64,000 nt of DNA, from NCBI GenBank assembly GCA_045602245.1, contig JAZSBC010000152.1, forward strand, positions 14,503 to 78,502, given 5' to 3'. The notes below the pieces were generated by a model, which saw only the letters and a program-made list of their open reading frames with translations, was not told where the DNA came from and did no database searches. Below, piece by piece: positions 37,651 to 48,032 of the stretch. Position 1 is the first letter of the stretch. The number at the start of each line of letters is the position of its first letter. The position numbers were made by a program, and so were the translations under genes. The stretch is from Acutalibacteraceae bacterium (GTDB taxonomy: Bacteria; Bacillota; Clostridia; Oscillospirales; Acutalibacteraceae).

Positions 37651-39036
37651 ATGGCACCTATTACAATTACGGCACTGGTTATTTTCGCTGTCACTTACGT
37701 TCTGATGATGGCATTCCAGAAAATCAGACCCTACGTTACCGTCGTTTCGGCTCTGATTTTTCTTGCGCTCGGCATTATTTCCGCAGTGAACCCCGATATT
37801 TTCGGCGCAGGATTCTTTACTCTTGAAGATAACACAACCTTTACATACGGCTTCAAAGAAGTGTTTGAAGCGGTTGACTTCAACGTTATTATGATGATTG
37901 CAGGCACGATGGGTACGGTTTATCTTTTCATCGAATCCAAAATGCCGCAGCTTTTATCGGATATTCTCATTTCGAAAATGCCCAACGTTAAATGGACCGT
38001 TGTTGCGCTGTCGCTCTTTGCAGGTATTGTTTCGGCGTTTGTTGATAACGTTGCAACCGTTCTTATGATTGCTCCCGTTGCGCTTGCATTCTGCAAAAAG
38101 CTCAACATTTCACCCGTACCCTCGATTATCTGCATTGCGATTTCATCGAATCTTCAGGGTGCGGCAACGCTTGTAGGTGACACAACCTCGATTCTTCTTG
38201 CAAAAGAAGCAAATCTTGATTTTTCGGACTTCTTTGTTCATAACGGTAAAGTCGGTATGTTCTGGATTGTTCAGGCAGGTGCGGTAGTCAGCGCATTTAT
38301 CATTTACTTTATGTTCCGCAAGGAAAAGGAAAAAATCGAGTTCAAAAACCGAACGAAGGTTGAAGATAAATTCCCCACGTTTCTGCTTGTAGGCACGGTT
38401 GCTGCTCTTATTGCCGTTTCGTTTATTCCCTATTCGGAATATGATGCAAGCGGCGCCCTCATCAAGCAGGGCAAGCCCGAAATTACAAACGGTATTATAT
38501 GCCTCGCTTTCTTTGCCGTCGGCATTATCCGTGAATTGTTTATAAAGAAGAATAAAGACGTTGTTAAAAGCGCCATTAAGGAAATCGACTATTTCACAAT
38601 CGTTCTTCTTACGGGTCTTTTTGTTGTTATCGGCGGTATCGAAAAGGCAGGCGTTGTTGATTTTATCGGCGAAACCATCGCAAGCCTCGGCGGCGGCTCA
38701 ATGTTTGTTGTTTATACAATCATCGTGTGGATGTCCGTAATTCTTTCGGCGTTTATTGATAATATTCCCTATACCGCAACAATGCTCGCAATCGTACCCG
38801 TTATTGCAGGAGACAGCGGAATGGATAATCTTCTTTATTACGGTCTGCTTTGCGGCGCAACGCTCGGCGGCAATCTTACCCCCATCGGCGCAAGCGCAAA
38901 TATCGCAGGTATCGGTATTCTCCGCAAGGAGGGCCACGAAGTGAAGGCGACCACCTTTATGAAATACGGCATACCCTTCACCCTCGCCGCTGTTGTGACG
39001 GGATATATTCTTCTCTGGTTTATCTGGAAACCCTAA
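37651..39036 (+). CDS. ArsB/NhaD/SLC13-family ion permease
   Basis: SAFVDNV, GAATLVGD, SAFIDNIP and LGGNLTPIGASAN motifs; RBS GGGAG. Confidence 0.85.
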   Translation: MAPITITALVIFAVTYVLMMAFQKIRPYVTVVSALIFLALGIISAVNPDIFGAGFFTLEDNTTFTYGFKEVFEAVDFNVIMMIAGTMGTVYLFIESKMPQLLSDILISKMPNVKWTVVALSLFAGIVSAFVDNVATVLMIAPVALAFCKKLNISPVPSIICIAISSNLQGAATLVGDTTSILLAKEANLDFSDFFVHNGKVGMFWIVQAGAVVSAFIIYFMFRKEKEKIEFKNRTKVEDKFPTFLLVGTVAALIAVSFIPYSEYDASGALIKQGKPEITNGIICLAFFAVGIIRELFIKKNKDVVKSAIKEIDYFTIVLLTGLFVVIGGIEKAGVVDFIGETIASLGGGSMFVVYTIIVWMSVILSAFIDNIPYTATMLAIVPVIAGDSGMDNLLYYGLLCGATLGGNLTPIGASANIAGIGILRKEGHEVKATTFMKYGIPFTLAAVVTGYILLWFIWKP

Positions 39037-39075
39037 AAAATCACCCGGAATGCGAAGTGCATTCCGGGGTTTTGA
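39037..39075. terminator. Bidirectional terminator between convergent genes
   Basis: CCCGGAATGC-GAAGT-GCATTCCGGG with flanking A/T tracts. Confidence 0.8.
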
Positions 39076-39076
39076 T

Positions 39077-40180
39077 TTACCATCTGTTTTCAACGTATTC
39101 GCAGAAAAGGTTCAGGTTTTCAATTTCAAGCTTTGTGCCGTCGTCAAGAATAACGTTGCCGCTGCATATGCCGCAGACCTGATGGCAGTGCATTCGCATA
39201 ACAAGGGCGTTGATATCCGTATGATGGTCAAAAACGGGCTTCATCGTAAGATTGAATCGGTTATCTTCGGATACAAATTCCCACGGCTCCATATATTTAT
39301 CGGGCTTCGGGAAAACCCTGAGGTCAACCGCGCCGACCTTATGCACCTTGCCGTCATAGAATATGCAGGTTTCTGTTGCATGGCTTTCGTCACCGATTGC
39401 CCAGGTTGCTTCAACGCCGAAGATATGTTTTTCACCCTTTTCATCGGTCAGATACGTTGTGCCGTTGCACCAATACCATACCATACTGTAGGGAGTGTTG
39501 ACTCTGCCCCAGTCGAGAATGCAGAAGGTATTATCCTTTGAAAATTCATAAACGTCGTCGCCGAATTTATATGTACCTTCGCAGGGCATACAGTTCTGTT
39601 TTGTGGTCATAAAATATCTTGTGGGCATATCCTTGAAAGGCAGAACGGTTGTTATGTTTTCAAGTCCGGGCATAATATCCATTCTGAAATTGCATTCAAC
39701 GGGCTTGCCTTTATATTTGAATTTGAAATAGAGGGTTCTTTCGGTTTCTTTTGTGTCAAAATCAATCTCTGCACCGCCGAGATTTGTTTTGAATCTGTGG
39801 GGTGCGTCGCCTTTGGGCGGAAAAATATGTGCAGGCTTATCTTTTCCGCCGATAAAAACAGCCATTGAGTCGCAGATAATTTCGCCGTTTTTCCAGTCAA
39901 CGAGCTTTGCGCCTGCATAGCCGCCAATCGAAATGTTTGCACAGCTTATCTGAACGAGAAATCGGTCGTTCACAATCTGATAGAAATCCCATTCTTTTCT
40001 TCTCATAGAGGGTTTTGAAAGGCTTCTGTCATAGGTGAAATGATTATGCCTTGCCCAGCCCTTTGCAAGCAGAGTTCCGTCTTTGTCAAGCAGGGGAGTT
40101 TCTTTTGTATACTCAGTCTGTTTTGATTTTTCTTTCCATTCGGTGAACGGAGCGTAAGTTCTCTTTGTTTCCTTTCCCAT
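39077..40180 (-). CDS. DUF2804-family protein
   Basis: GWARHN, RRKEWDFYQ, LDWGRV, WYW and HQVCG patterns recalled from DUF2804 proteins. Confidence 0.7.
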   Translation of the reverse strand: MGKETKRTYAPFTEWKEKSKQTEYTKETPLLDKDGTLLAKGWARHNHFTYDRSLSKPSMRRKEWDFYQIVNDRFLVQISCANISIGGYAGAKLVDWKNGEIICDSMAVFIGGKDKPAHIFPPKGDAPHRFKTNLGGAEIDFDTKETERTLYFKFKYKGKPVECNFRMDIMPGLENITTVLPFKDMPTRYFMTTKQNCMPCEGTYKFGDDVYEFSKDNTFCILDWGRVNTPYSMVWYWCNGTTYLTDEKGEKHIFGVEATWAIGDESHATETCIFYDGKVHKVGAVDLRVFPKPDKYMEPWEFVSEDNRFNLTMKPVFDHHTDINALVMRMHCHQVCGICSGNVILDDGTKLEIENLNLFCEYVENRW

Positions 40181-40194
40181 AGTCACACCTCTTA

Positions 40195-42225
40195 TTATAA
40201 TTTTTCAGTCTGATACGCACCTCTTGCGTAAAGTATCCACTTTGAGCGGTCAAGGGGATTGACGCCTCTTCTCGGATTTATGTGTTCTATACCGTCACGG
40301 CATTCTCTGTAGCCGTAAAACGTTTGATTAAGCACTGCCTTGCCCGATGACAAAACTGCAAGCTTCGTCGGGAAATCCATCGAAGTTGCAACGGGGATTA
40401 TTGCCTCAAGGGTTGCCGTTTGCGAATGAATAACGGGCGAATCGTATTCGCCGCCCATTTTTACGATTTCGGAGAGAATTTTTCCCGAAATATCGGCAGG
40501 CGCGGTAACTCTCACTTTAAGAAGCGGTTCAAGAATTTTTGAGCCGAGCTGAGAGAGACCGTTCATAAATGCCATCGGCGTGCAGACAAAAAAGTCGAGC
40601 GGATGCGTATGAATAGTGTGATGTTCACCGCCGACGAGAGTGCATTTAAAATCCGTCACTTCCCAGCCGTAAAGTCCTTGCTCAAGGCAGGAGTTGAACG
40701 AGGTACGGATATGCGACTGATAACGGTAGAAGCACTGATTTGATGGCAGCCTGCCGTGATAAGAAACGCCGTAGCCTCTCGGCATAGGCTCAAACATAAA
40801 CTTGACCACCGCCCAGCAGGGCTTCGGCATTGTATAGCTTGCGGCGGCAAAGCCTGATGAAGCAGGTGTTTCTTTATAGATAACGGTAGGCGGCGAGAAT
40901 ACGGCATTGAGACCGTATCTTTCCTTCAGCAGATTATCGATAACTTCGAGCTGAATTTTGCCCGTTGTGTTGATTGTTATTTCTTTTTGACCGTTTTCCC
41001 ATTTTGCGTCAATATACGGCTCTTCATCTGAAAGCTCGCCGAGTGCCTGAGCAAGAGCAGGGAGTTTCAACGGGTCGGCACCCTCGGGCGTGACTCTGAC
41101 ACGCAGAAAGGGATTGACGAGCTTCGCATTTTCGCTCACGGCAAGCGAGCCGATGAAATGGCCCGTTTTTGCCGACGGCAAACCGCAGACGGCGGCAATG
41201 CTTCCGCCCTCCGCAAAGCCCGAATCAATATACTTTGCGCCCGAAAACTGTTTGATTTGTGATATTTTTTCCTTAACGGGCGGCTTTTTTTCAATTTCCA
41301 CGGCGGCGTTTTCAACGTCTGAATTATCCGCCTGCATATCGGCGGGGGAGAAAAGCTCAACCTCATCGCGGTTTGAGATTTTTCCGCCGAAAAGTCTTAT
41401 ATGTGAAACTTTGCCGAGTGCTTTATCGTGTTCTATTTTAAAAACAACTCCGCATAAATCCTCGGTTGCCCGTCTTTCGGCTGACGGCATAAATTCCGCA
41501 ATGAAGTCCGCAAATTCCTTTACGCCGATTGAAAATTTCGCGCTTCCGCATAAAACGGGGGTGAGCCTGCAGGCCGAGATTTCATTTTTTACTAGTTCTT
41601 TTGCTTTTTCATAAGAAAGCGTTTCTTCGCAAAGGAAAGCATCTGCCGCTTCGTCGCAGAAATCGGCAAGAACTTCGGTTGCAAGAGATGAGAAAACGTC
41701 GTTCTCAACCGTCTTTGCCACGGGGGTTTCAAGCCCCTCGTTTTCAACGTCGGAGAGCAGAAGGTACGCCTGAGGAGAAGCCTGCTTCAGCTCGTTCATA
41801 ACGGATTTTATATCGGAGCCTGCTCTGTCGATTTTATTGATAAAAACAACCCTCGGCAGGTTAGCCGAATCAAGCGATTTGAGTATATTTTCCGTGTGCG
41901 CTCTCACGCCCTCAACCGCCGAGACCACAACAACCGCATAGTCGAGTGCCGTAAGAGCGCGCTCAACCTCGCCTGCAAAGTCGATGTGACCGGGTGTGTC
42001 AATTATATTTACCGTAACGTTGCGCCATTTTGCGCAGGCTGTTGCGGTGCGAACGGAAATTCCCCTCTGCTTTTCTATTGAAAGGCTGTCTGTTGCGGTT
42101 GTGCCTGCGTCAACGCTGCCTGCCTGACGGATTGCGCCCGTAAGATAGAGCAGCTGCTCGGTGAGGGTTGTTTTGCCCGAGTCAACGTGAGCAAGAATTC
42201 CCGTGTTGTGATAGATTTCAGCCAT
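40195..42225 (-). CDS. TetM/TetW-like ribosomal-protection-family translational GTPase (divergent)
   Basis: GILAHVDSGKTT, QRGIS, DTPGHIDF, NKID, QGLYGWEVTD and LEP motifs, plus C-terminal PRRGVNPLDRSK. Confidence 0.85.
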   Translation of the reverse strand: MAEIYHNTGILAHVDSGKTTLTEQLLYLTGAIRQAGSVDAGTTATDSLSIEKQRGISVRTATACAKWRNVTVNIIDTPGHIDFAGEVERALTALDYAVVVVSAVEGVRAHTENILKSLDSANLPRVVFINKIDRAGSDIKSVMNELKQASPQAYLLLSDVENEGLETPVAKTVENDVFSSLATEVLADFCDEAADAFLCEETLSYEKAKELVKNEISACRLTPVLCGSAKFSIGVKEFADFIAEFMPSAERRATEDLCGVVFKIEHDKALGKVSHIRLFGGKISNRDEVELFSPADMQADNSDVENAAVEIEKKPPVKEKISQIKQFSGAKYIDSGFAEGGSIAAVCGLPSAKTGHFIGSLAVSENAKLVNPFLRVRVTPEGADPLKLPALAQALGELSDEEPYIDAKWENGQKEITINTTGKIQLEVIDNLLKERYGLNAVFSPPTVIYKETPASSGFAAASYTMPKPCWAVVKFMFEPMPRGYGVSYHGRLPSNQCFYRYQSHIRTSFNSCLEQGLYGWEVTDFKCTLVGGEHHTIHTHPLDFFVCTPMAFMNGLSQLGSKILEPLLKVRVTAPADISGKILSEIVKMGGEYDSPVIHSQTATLEAIIPVATSMDFPTKLAVLSSGKAVLNQTFYGYRECRDGIEHINPRRGVNPLDRSKWILYARGAYQTEKL

Positions 42226-42229
42226 TGAA

Positions 42230-44545
42230 TCACCTGTTGTTTTGTTTTCTTTTCTTCAACTCAATTATCGCAAGAATGCCAAGCATAATCAGCGAAGAAG
42301 CGCTTATTATTATGCCTGCGGAAAGACCGGGAGTTTTGAATATGAATTCAATTTCGCTCTCTCCCTCGGGCACGATAATGCCCATCATTCCGCCGTTGAG
42401 AGTCAGAATTTCTTTTTCTTCGCCGTTAACGTAAGCGCTCCAGCCTCTGTCGTGAGGAATGCTGAAATAGATGAGCCTTTCTTTATCGCCGATTGACGTT
42501 GCGGTGAAGCCTTCGGAGTTGATAACAAAATCGCTTGCGGCGGTTTTGTTGTTTTCTTTGCAGACATTTTTCCAATTTATGTTGTTTGTGTCGGACAGCA
42601 ATTCTGCAACGCCGCTTATTTTTTCTGCGGTTTCTTTGTCAACGATGCAGGCTTTTGTCATTAGCTCAAGGCGGCGGTTGTTTTCTTCTTTATCGGTTGT
42701 GTAATCAAAGCCTTCGTCCAACACGTAGTAACCGTAGGAATAGCCGAAGGGCGAATAATAAGGAGCTTTTCGCGCATTGCCTTTCGGGTCAACAAGCTTT
42801 TCGATGCTCAGCACCGTCTGAATCGCAGGGGAATCGGAATATCTTTTGTCAAATGAATGGAGAGTGTTTGCATAGCCTGCAAGGCGGCAAAACTCTGCGC
42901 TTGAATGTGATTTCAGGCTGTGGAAAGCCGTTATTCCGGGTTCGTTTGCTATTGCAGGGTAGTTTGCGAATGAATAGTTATAATTGGTTCGCGAGGTGTA
43001 CGAAACATCTTCGCTGACCGCAATATCGGAGCCTTTGTAAGCATCGTTGCGGTTGGCGGTGAGGTTTGTTTCGTTTACAAGATAGAGCGAATAGCTGAAA
43101 ATACAGATTATCGCAACAACGGGCAACGCCTTTTTTGCATCAAAGGTTTTGCCTTTTCTGAAAAACAGCCACAGAGGAATGTAGGTTGCGCAGGTCATCA
43201 GAACAAGTGTTATAAAATAACGCAGATCTTCAGCCGTGAATTCCGAGAGCAGACCCGTGTTTTTGAGATAATTGAGAGCAGCCTCGGGCAAAAATCCGAA
43301 TTGCAGGTTTTTGAGGATATATGCAAATATTATTTTGACAGCCAGCAAACCGCCGAGTATTGATGCGGATATGACCGTTATGTTTTTTGCGCTTTTTTTC
43401 AGTTCGTCTGCAGTTGGATTTTCTTCAATGATTTTTATGCTTACAAGAACCGAAATCAACACGAAAGCATACCACCAACGGGTGTAGCTTAAATTGGTGA
43501 AAAAGCAGAATATACCGTTTGCGAACGGCAGAAGAGTAAGCACAAAAAGAAATTTCATCAGGCGGAAATACCATTCGGACGGCTTTTTCTTTTTCAGCGC
43601 AATGAAGAGAAAAACAGCGCCGAAAAACGGAGTGAACGCAACGTTTGAATTGAATTCCGAGTAGTTGAAGCCGACAGCCGAACCCATTATTCCGTCGCTC
43701 GGCAAAACCATATTTATCAGCAGAATAATAACCTGAGGAATGTTGCCCAAACCTCTCGAAATTATGCCCGAAAAGCTGTTTGTAGCCTTGTACGTTTCAA
43801 GCAGTGTCATTGCCGCAGGCAGAAGAATAAACGTTGAGGCAATGCCGCCGAGAGCATAATAACCGATGCATCTTGCCGCATCTTTAACAGTGTATTTTTT
43901 TGTATCCAACCAAACTTTGAAAACAAGATAAATCAAAAAGAAAACGGAAGTTGAAAAGAAGAAATAATAGTTTATTATTGCGTTGAGCATAACTGCGAGA
44001 GCAAACAACACCTTTTTTCTGCTTTCAAGAGCTTCGTCGGTCAGATACAAAAGAAGCGGAAACACCGCAATAACGTCAATAAAATGAAGATAATAGGTTG
44101 CGTCCATCGTGAACGATGAAAACGTATAAATAAGTGCGCCGATAAAAACAAGATGATGATTGCCGCTGTATCTTTTGAGATACATATATGACGTCAGCGC
44201 CGCAACGCCGTGCCGTATAACAAACATAATGCTCAGCCCGATGCCTGTTAATGACTCGGGCAGAATATAAAGAGGCCAGTAAAACGGACTGCCGTAGTTA
44301 TAGAAAGCATAAGAGCCGAGAAAGTTGGCGCCGAATAAAGTATTGCTGCTCCAGAAAGGTGCGCCCGTGCGGAGCATACGCCTGCATTCCCTGATAAAAG
44401 GAATCTGCTGCGTCATATAGTCGCCGATAAGATAAAGATTGCCGTTGTTGGCTATGATTATCGGAAGAATGATGCAAATTGCCGCCGCCAGAGCTGCAAA
44501 AAACACTTTGCAGTAATTGGGGCTTGATTTTGAGTTCATCGACAC
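42230..44545 (-). CDS. YfhO-family (GT-C) membrane glycosyltransferase
   Basis: GDYMTQQIPF, GANF and SPF motifs, many TMs, C-terminal SIPHDRGWSAYVNG...F-x-TPGL. Confidence 0.85.
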   Translation of the reverse strand: MSMNSKSSPNYCKVFFAALAAAICIILPIIIANNGNLYLIGDYMTQQIPFIRECRRMLRTGAPFWSSNTLFGANFLGSYAFYNYGSPFYWPLYILPESLTGIGLSIMFVIRHGVAALTSYMYLKRYSGNHHLVFIGALIYTFSSFTMDATYYLHFIDVIAVFPLLLYLTDEALESRKKVLFALAVMLNAIINYYFFFSTSVFFLIYLVFKVWLDTKKYTVKDAARCIGYYALGGIASTFILLPAAMTLLETYKATNSFSGIISRGLGNIPQVIILLINMVLPSDGIMGSAVGFNYSEFNSNVAFTPFFGAVFLFIALKKKKPSEWYFRLMKFLFVLTLLPFANGIFCFFTNLSYTRWWYAFVLISVLVSIKIIEENPTADELKKSAKNITVISASILGGLLAVKIIFAYILKNLQFGFLPEAALNYLKNTGLLSEFTAEDLRYFITLVLMTCATYIPLWLFFRKGKTFDAKKALPVVAIICIFSYSLYLVNETNLTANRNDAYKGSDIAVSEDVSYTSRTNYNYSFANYPAIANEPGITAFHSLKSHSSAEFCRLAGYANTLHSFDKRYSDSPAIQTVLSIEKLVDPKGNARKAPYYSPFGYSYGYYVLDEGFDYTTDKEENNRRLELMTKACIVDKETAEKISGVAELLSDTNNINWKNVCKENNKTAASDFVINSEGFTATSIGDKERLIYFSIPHDRGWSAYVNGEEKEILTLNGGMMGIIVPEGESEIEFIFKTPGLSAGIIISASSLIMLGILAIIELKKRKQNNR

Positions 44546-44573
44546 TGCTCCCTCGAAAATTACTTTATTATTA

Positions 44574-44602
44574 ATAATATATGTAATTTTTTATCTTGTC
44601 AA
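44574..44602 (-). promoter_or_regulatory. Sigma-A promoter of the YfhO-GTPase-DUF2804 operon
   Basis: TTGACA-17 bp-TATTAT on the minus strand. Confidence 0.65.
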
Positions 44603-44611
44603 CATCAGCGG

Positions 44612-46030
44612 TCAATAAAACAAATCCTTAAGAACGGCTATCATATCAGTTCTTTTTATTTTTCGGTATTCCGCTGTTACCGTAACCGCAACCAAGGAAA
44701 CAAACAGAAGAATTGAGATAACCGCAACCGCAACGATTATTCCTTTGTTTCCGAAAACAACCTGCATATCTTCTCTGTAAATCATCTGAACGGCAGCATA
44801 AAAAATTCCGAATGAAAACGAGCTGAAAATTGCCGAGAAAAAGCAGCATAAACAGCCCTCAAGCCTTACGGCGCGCAGAATTGATTTAAGCGAAGACCCT
44901 GCAGAACGCATAAGCGCATATTCGCCCGTGTTTGAGTTTATATTTGCGGAAACGGAGCTGAAAGTGCTCAGCATAGTCAGTACAGACAAGACGACGGCTG
45001 TTGCGCCAAAATATATTTCGGATGAATAAACAAACGAAACGAGAGCAGGGTCGGTTGTATATGAATTAAAATCATTATAGCCCCTTACCGCATCATACAT
45101 AACCATTGAATCGCCTACCGTATTTATACATATAATCATCATAAAAATGATCTGAAGGTATTTCAGAATATTGCTCTGAAAATTTCTGATTGCCACGTGG
45201 TGTTCAATACCGTTTATTCTGTAGGATTTCGGTTCAGCACTGAAAACGCATACTCCGATATCGGAATTGCAGCTTTTTTTCATATCTGAAACAACGGTTT
45301 TTATAGAAAGTTTTTTAACAGCTTTTTTTGAAAAGCCGCATACCGCCAAAACAATGAAGGGAACCGTTATCAAAACGGAAATTATATGAAGCTTTATATC
45401 GACGGGGAATTCCGGGACGACATATTCCGAAGAAACGGTTTGAAAAATTTTTTGTGATGCAAGTTTTATTCCTGAAATTTCGGCAGCTCCTGTAATTATA
45501 CCTGCGGGGATTGATGCGGCACAATAATAAATTGCCTCATAGAAAAGACATTTTTCCAAAAGCTTTTTACTTGCGCCCGATACCATCAAGGTTGAATAAA
45601 AACGGCGTCTTTCTTTTTTGCATACAGAGAAAATTACGGAAAGTGAGGATATGACTGTGAAAAACACTGCGATGAGTGATAATAAAATGAGCATAGGCAT
45701 ATTTTCAACTGCCGCATGATCAGAGAAAACGGCATCGGAATTGTATGCAACGGGTATAGCTTCGCCTGTGCCGGCATTGAAGTGCCTGAGAAGAACTATA
45801 GTATACTGCCCGATTTCGTTCATATTTGAAGCAAAGTTCTCGAAAATACGGTTCATTGAGCAGCCGAGAATGGTTTCTGCCTGCTCAAAAAAGTATATCA
45901 GATAGCTTATACTCAGCGACAGCTCGGTAATCAGAGATGCCGTTGAGAGTGAAACTGCGGAAACTATCAGAATACTTTCTGTTTTTGCCGAAAGAATTCT
46001 TTTTAACGGGATTTTTTTCAGCTCGTTCAT
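44612..46030 (-). CDS. FtsX/MacB-like ABC transporter permease
   Basis: Two FtsX-like halves (ERRRFYSTLMVSGAS and EYALMRSAGSS); abuts the ATPase gene. Confidence 0.75.
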   Translation of the reverse strand: MNELKKIPLKRILSAKTESILIVSAVSLSTASLITELSLSISYLIYFFEQAETILGCSMNRIFENFASNMNEIGQYTIVLLRHFNAGTGEAIPVAYNSDAVFSDHAAVENMPMLILLSLIAVFFTVISSLSVIFSVCKKERRRFYSTLMVSGASKKLLEKCLFYEAIYYCAASIPAGIITGAAEISGIKLASQKIFQTVSSEYVVPEFPVDIKLHIISVLITVPFIVLAVCGFSKKAVKKLSIKTVVSDMKKSCNSDIGVCVFSAEPKSYRINGIEHHVAIRNFQSNILKYLQIIFMMIICINTVGDSMVMYDAVRGYNDFNSYTTDPALVSFVYSSEIYFGATAVVLSVLTMLSTFSSVSANINSNTGEYALMRSAGSSLKSILRAVRLEGCLCCFFSAIFSSFSFGIFYAAVQMIYREDMQVVFGNKGIIVAVAVISILLFVSLVAVTVTAEYRKIKRTDMIAVLKDLFY

Positions 46031-46765
46031 TTATATCGCCGCCTTATCGTTTTTTTCATCGGATACAATCTTCCCGTCTTCAATGCGGATAATTCTGTCT
46101 GCCTTTTGCGCAATACTGTTGTCGTGAGTAATTATAATCAGGGTTTTATCTGTTTCTTTGCATAATTTCATAAGCAGGTCAATAACCTCACGGCTGTTTT
46201 GCGAATCGAGGTTTCCCGTAGGCTCATCAGCAAGCACGAGAGATGGCGAAGCAATGATGGATCTGCCTATTGCAACCCTTTGCTGCTGTCCGCCCGAAAG
46301 TTGGTTGGGCAAGGAAGTGCCTTTATTGCCGATGCCGAGCTTTTTCAGAAGAAGACGGATTTTTTTGAAATCGGGTTCTTTTCTTGCCGCAATAATCGGA
46401 AACGCAATGTTTTCTTCAACGTTCAGCACGGGGATAAGATTGAAGAACTGATATACCATACCGATTTCTTTGCACCGGAAATCCGAAAGCTCTGTGTCAC
46501 TCATTGAATAAATATCATATCCGCATATATAGACCTTGCCTTCTGTCGGCTTTTCAACTCCGCCTATCATATGCATCAGTGTCGATTTCCCCGAACCGCT
46601 TGTGCCGACTATTGCTGCAAATTCACCTTTTTTCACAGTCAGGGAAACGCTGTTTACTGCGGTGAAGCTGTTCATTGTACCTGCGCCGTATCTTTTGGTA
46701 ACGTTTTCTATTCTTACGGTATCGTCTGTGTCAATGGGTATGATTTCTTTGGCTTTCTTTTTCAT
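46031..46765 (-). CDS. ABC transporter ATP-binding protein (LolD/MacB-type)
   Basis: GTSGSGKST, LSGGQQQRV, ADEPTGNLD and ITH motifs. Confidence 0.95.
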   Translation of the reverse strand: MKKKAKEIIPIDTDDTVRIENVTKRYGAGTMNSFTAVNSVSLTVKKGEFAAIVGTSGSGKSTLMHMIGGVEKPTEGKVYICGYDIYSMSDTELSDFRCKEIGMVYQFFNLIPVLNVEENIAFPIIAARKEPDFKKIRLLLKKLGIGNKGTSLPNQLSGGQQQRVAIGRSIIASPSLVLADEPTGNLDSQNSREVIDLLMKLCKETDKTLIIITHDNSIAQKADRIIRIEDGKIVSDEKNDKAAI

Positions 46766-46841
46766 AGCATTTCACCTTTTTATCCTTTCACTTTAAAGAC
46801 GAATAAAATCGGTATTTGGTCTGAGAAAATTCAAATAAATA

Positions 46842-46870
46842 ATGACAAATAAGATTTCTTATAGTATAAT
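46842..46870 (+). promoter_or_regulatory. Promoter of Gfo-GH92 with a palindromic operator in the spacer
   Basis: ATGACA-17 bp-TATAAT; ATAAGA-TT-TCTTAT at 46849-46862. Confidence 0.5.
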
Positions 46871-46900
46871 TAATTCAATTCCATAAAAGGAGAGATACAA

Positions 46901-47995
46901 ATGAGCGATAAAATTATAAAGTGCGGTGTTGTAGGTCTCGGCAGAGGTACTGCCGTTGCAAGATGCCTCAAGGGGCTGAAAAATGCAAAGCTTGTATCTG
47001 TTTGTGACCATAATCCCGCTATTCTTAAATCAGGCTATGAAGAACTTTCGGAAGTTCTTGACGATAAAAACCTTATTCAGTTCAGCGATTATGACGAATT
47101 CCTCAAATCGGATATTGATGCGGTTATCGTCGCAACGGAGGCTGTTTATCACGTTCCCATCGTAATCAAGGCTTTTGAAGCAGGCAAGCACGTTCTTTGC
47201 GAAATTCCTTCGGTTAATTCCGTTGAAGAAGCAAAAGAACTTAAAGAAGCCGTTGCGGCTCACCCCGAGCTTACCTATATGGCGGCTGAAAACTGCTGCT
47301 ACTGGGCATTTATCGAAACCTGGAAGAAGATGCGCGAAGACGGACTTTTCGGCGATATTGCCTATGCAGAGGCAGAGTATCTTCATGCTCTTGACCCCAA
47401 CGAATTTTCGCCTACATATTATCCCGAGGGTCATTGGAGAACGTATCAGCCCGCTATCAGATATCTTACCCACGAACTCGGCCCTCTTCTTTACGTTATG
47501 GATGACCGCTGCGTGAGCGTAACCTGCCTTGAAGCGGACGTTAACTATGACCCTTATACCCCCGAAAGAAAAGAAACGGGTGTTGCTCTTTTCAAAACCA
47601 AGAAAGGCGCGGTTATCAGGCTCCTTGTCAGCTTCGGTGCATACACAAGCTATGACCATAACTACCGTATCTGCGGCACGAGAGGCACTATCGAAACAGA
47701 CCGTTCAAAGGTTGTTGACAATGCGCATTCGCTTGCAAGCCTTTACAGTGTGCCGGGTACTTTCAGCGCAAACTCAAAGATTGATATCCCCGTAACCACC
47801 TGCTATGAGGGCGAGGATTCAAGCGGTCACGGCGGCGCTGATGCAAAAATGGTTAAGGATTTCATCAACTGCCTTGTTGAGGGCAAAAAGCCCATTCTTG
47901 ACGTTGATTTTGCAATCAATATGTCGCTTCCCGGTATTCTTGCCCACGAATCAGCCGTTCAGGGTGGTATGCCTATCGAAATTCCTCAGTTTTAA
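46901..47995 (+). CDS. Gfo/Idh/MocA-family NAD(P)-dependent oxidoreductase
   Basis: GVVGLGRG Rossmann motif, AGKHVLCEIP, AEYLH and GHGGAD. Confidence 0.9.
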   Translation: MSDKIIKCGVVGLGRGTAVARCLKGLKNAKLVSVCDHNPAILKSGYEELSEVLDDKNLIQFSDYDEFLKSDIDAVIVATEAVYHVPIVIKAFEAGKHVLCEIPSVNSVEEAKELKEAVAAHPELTYMAAENCCYWAFIETWKKMREDGLFGDIAYAEAEYLHALDPNEFSPTYYPEGHWRTYQPAIRYLTHELGPLLYVMDDRCVSVTCLEADVNYDPYTPERKETGVALFKTKKGAVIRLLVSFGAYTSYDHNYRICGTRGTIETDRSKVVDNAHSLASLYSVPGTFSANSKIDIPVTTCYEGEDSSGHGGADAKMVKDFINCLVEGKKPILDVDFAINMSLPGILAHESAVQGGMPIEIPQF

Positions 47996-48032
47996 AAACA
48001 CGGTTTTTCTTTAAATTAGTTGGTGATTCATT

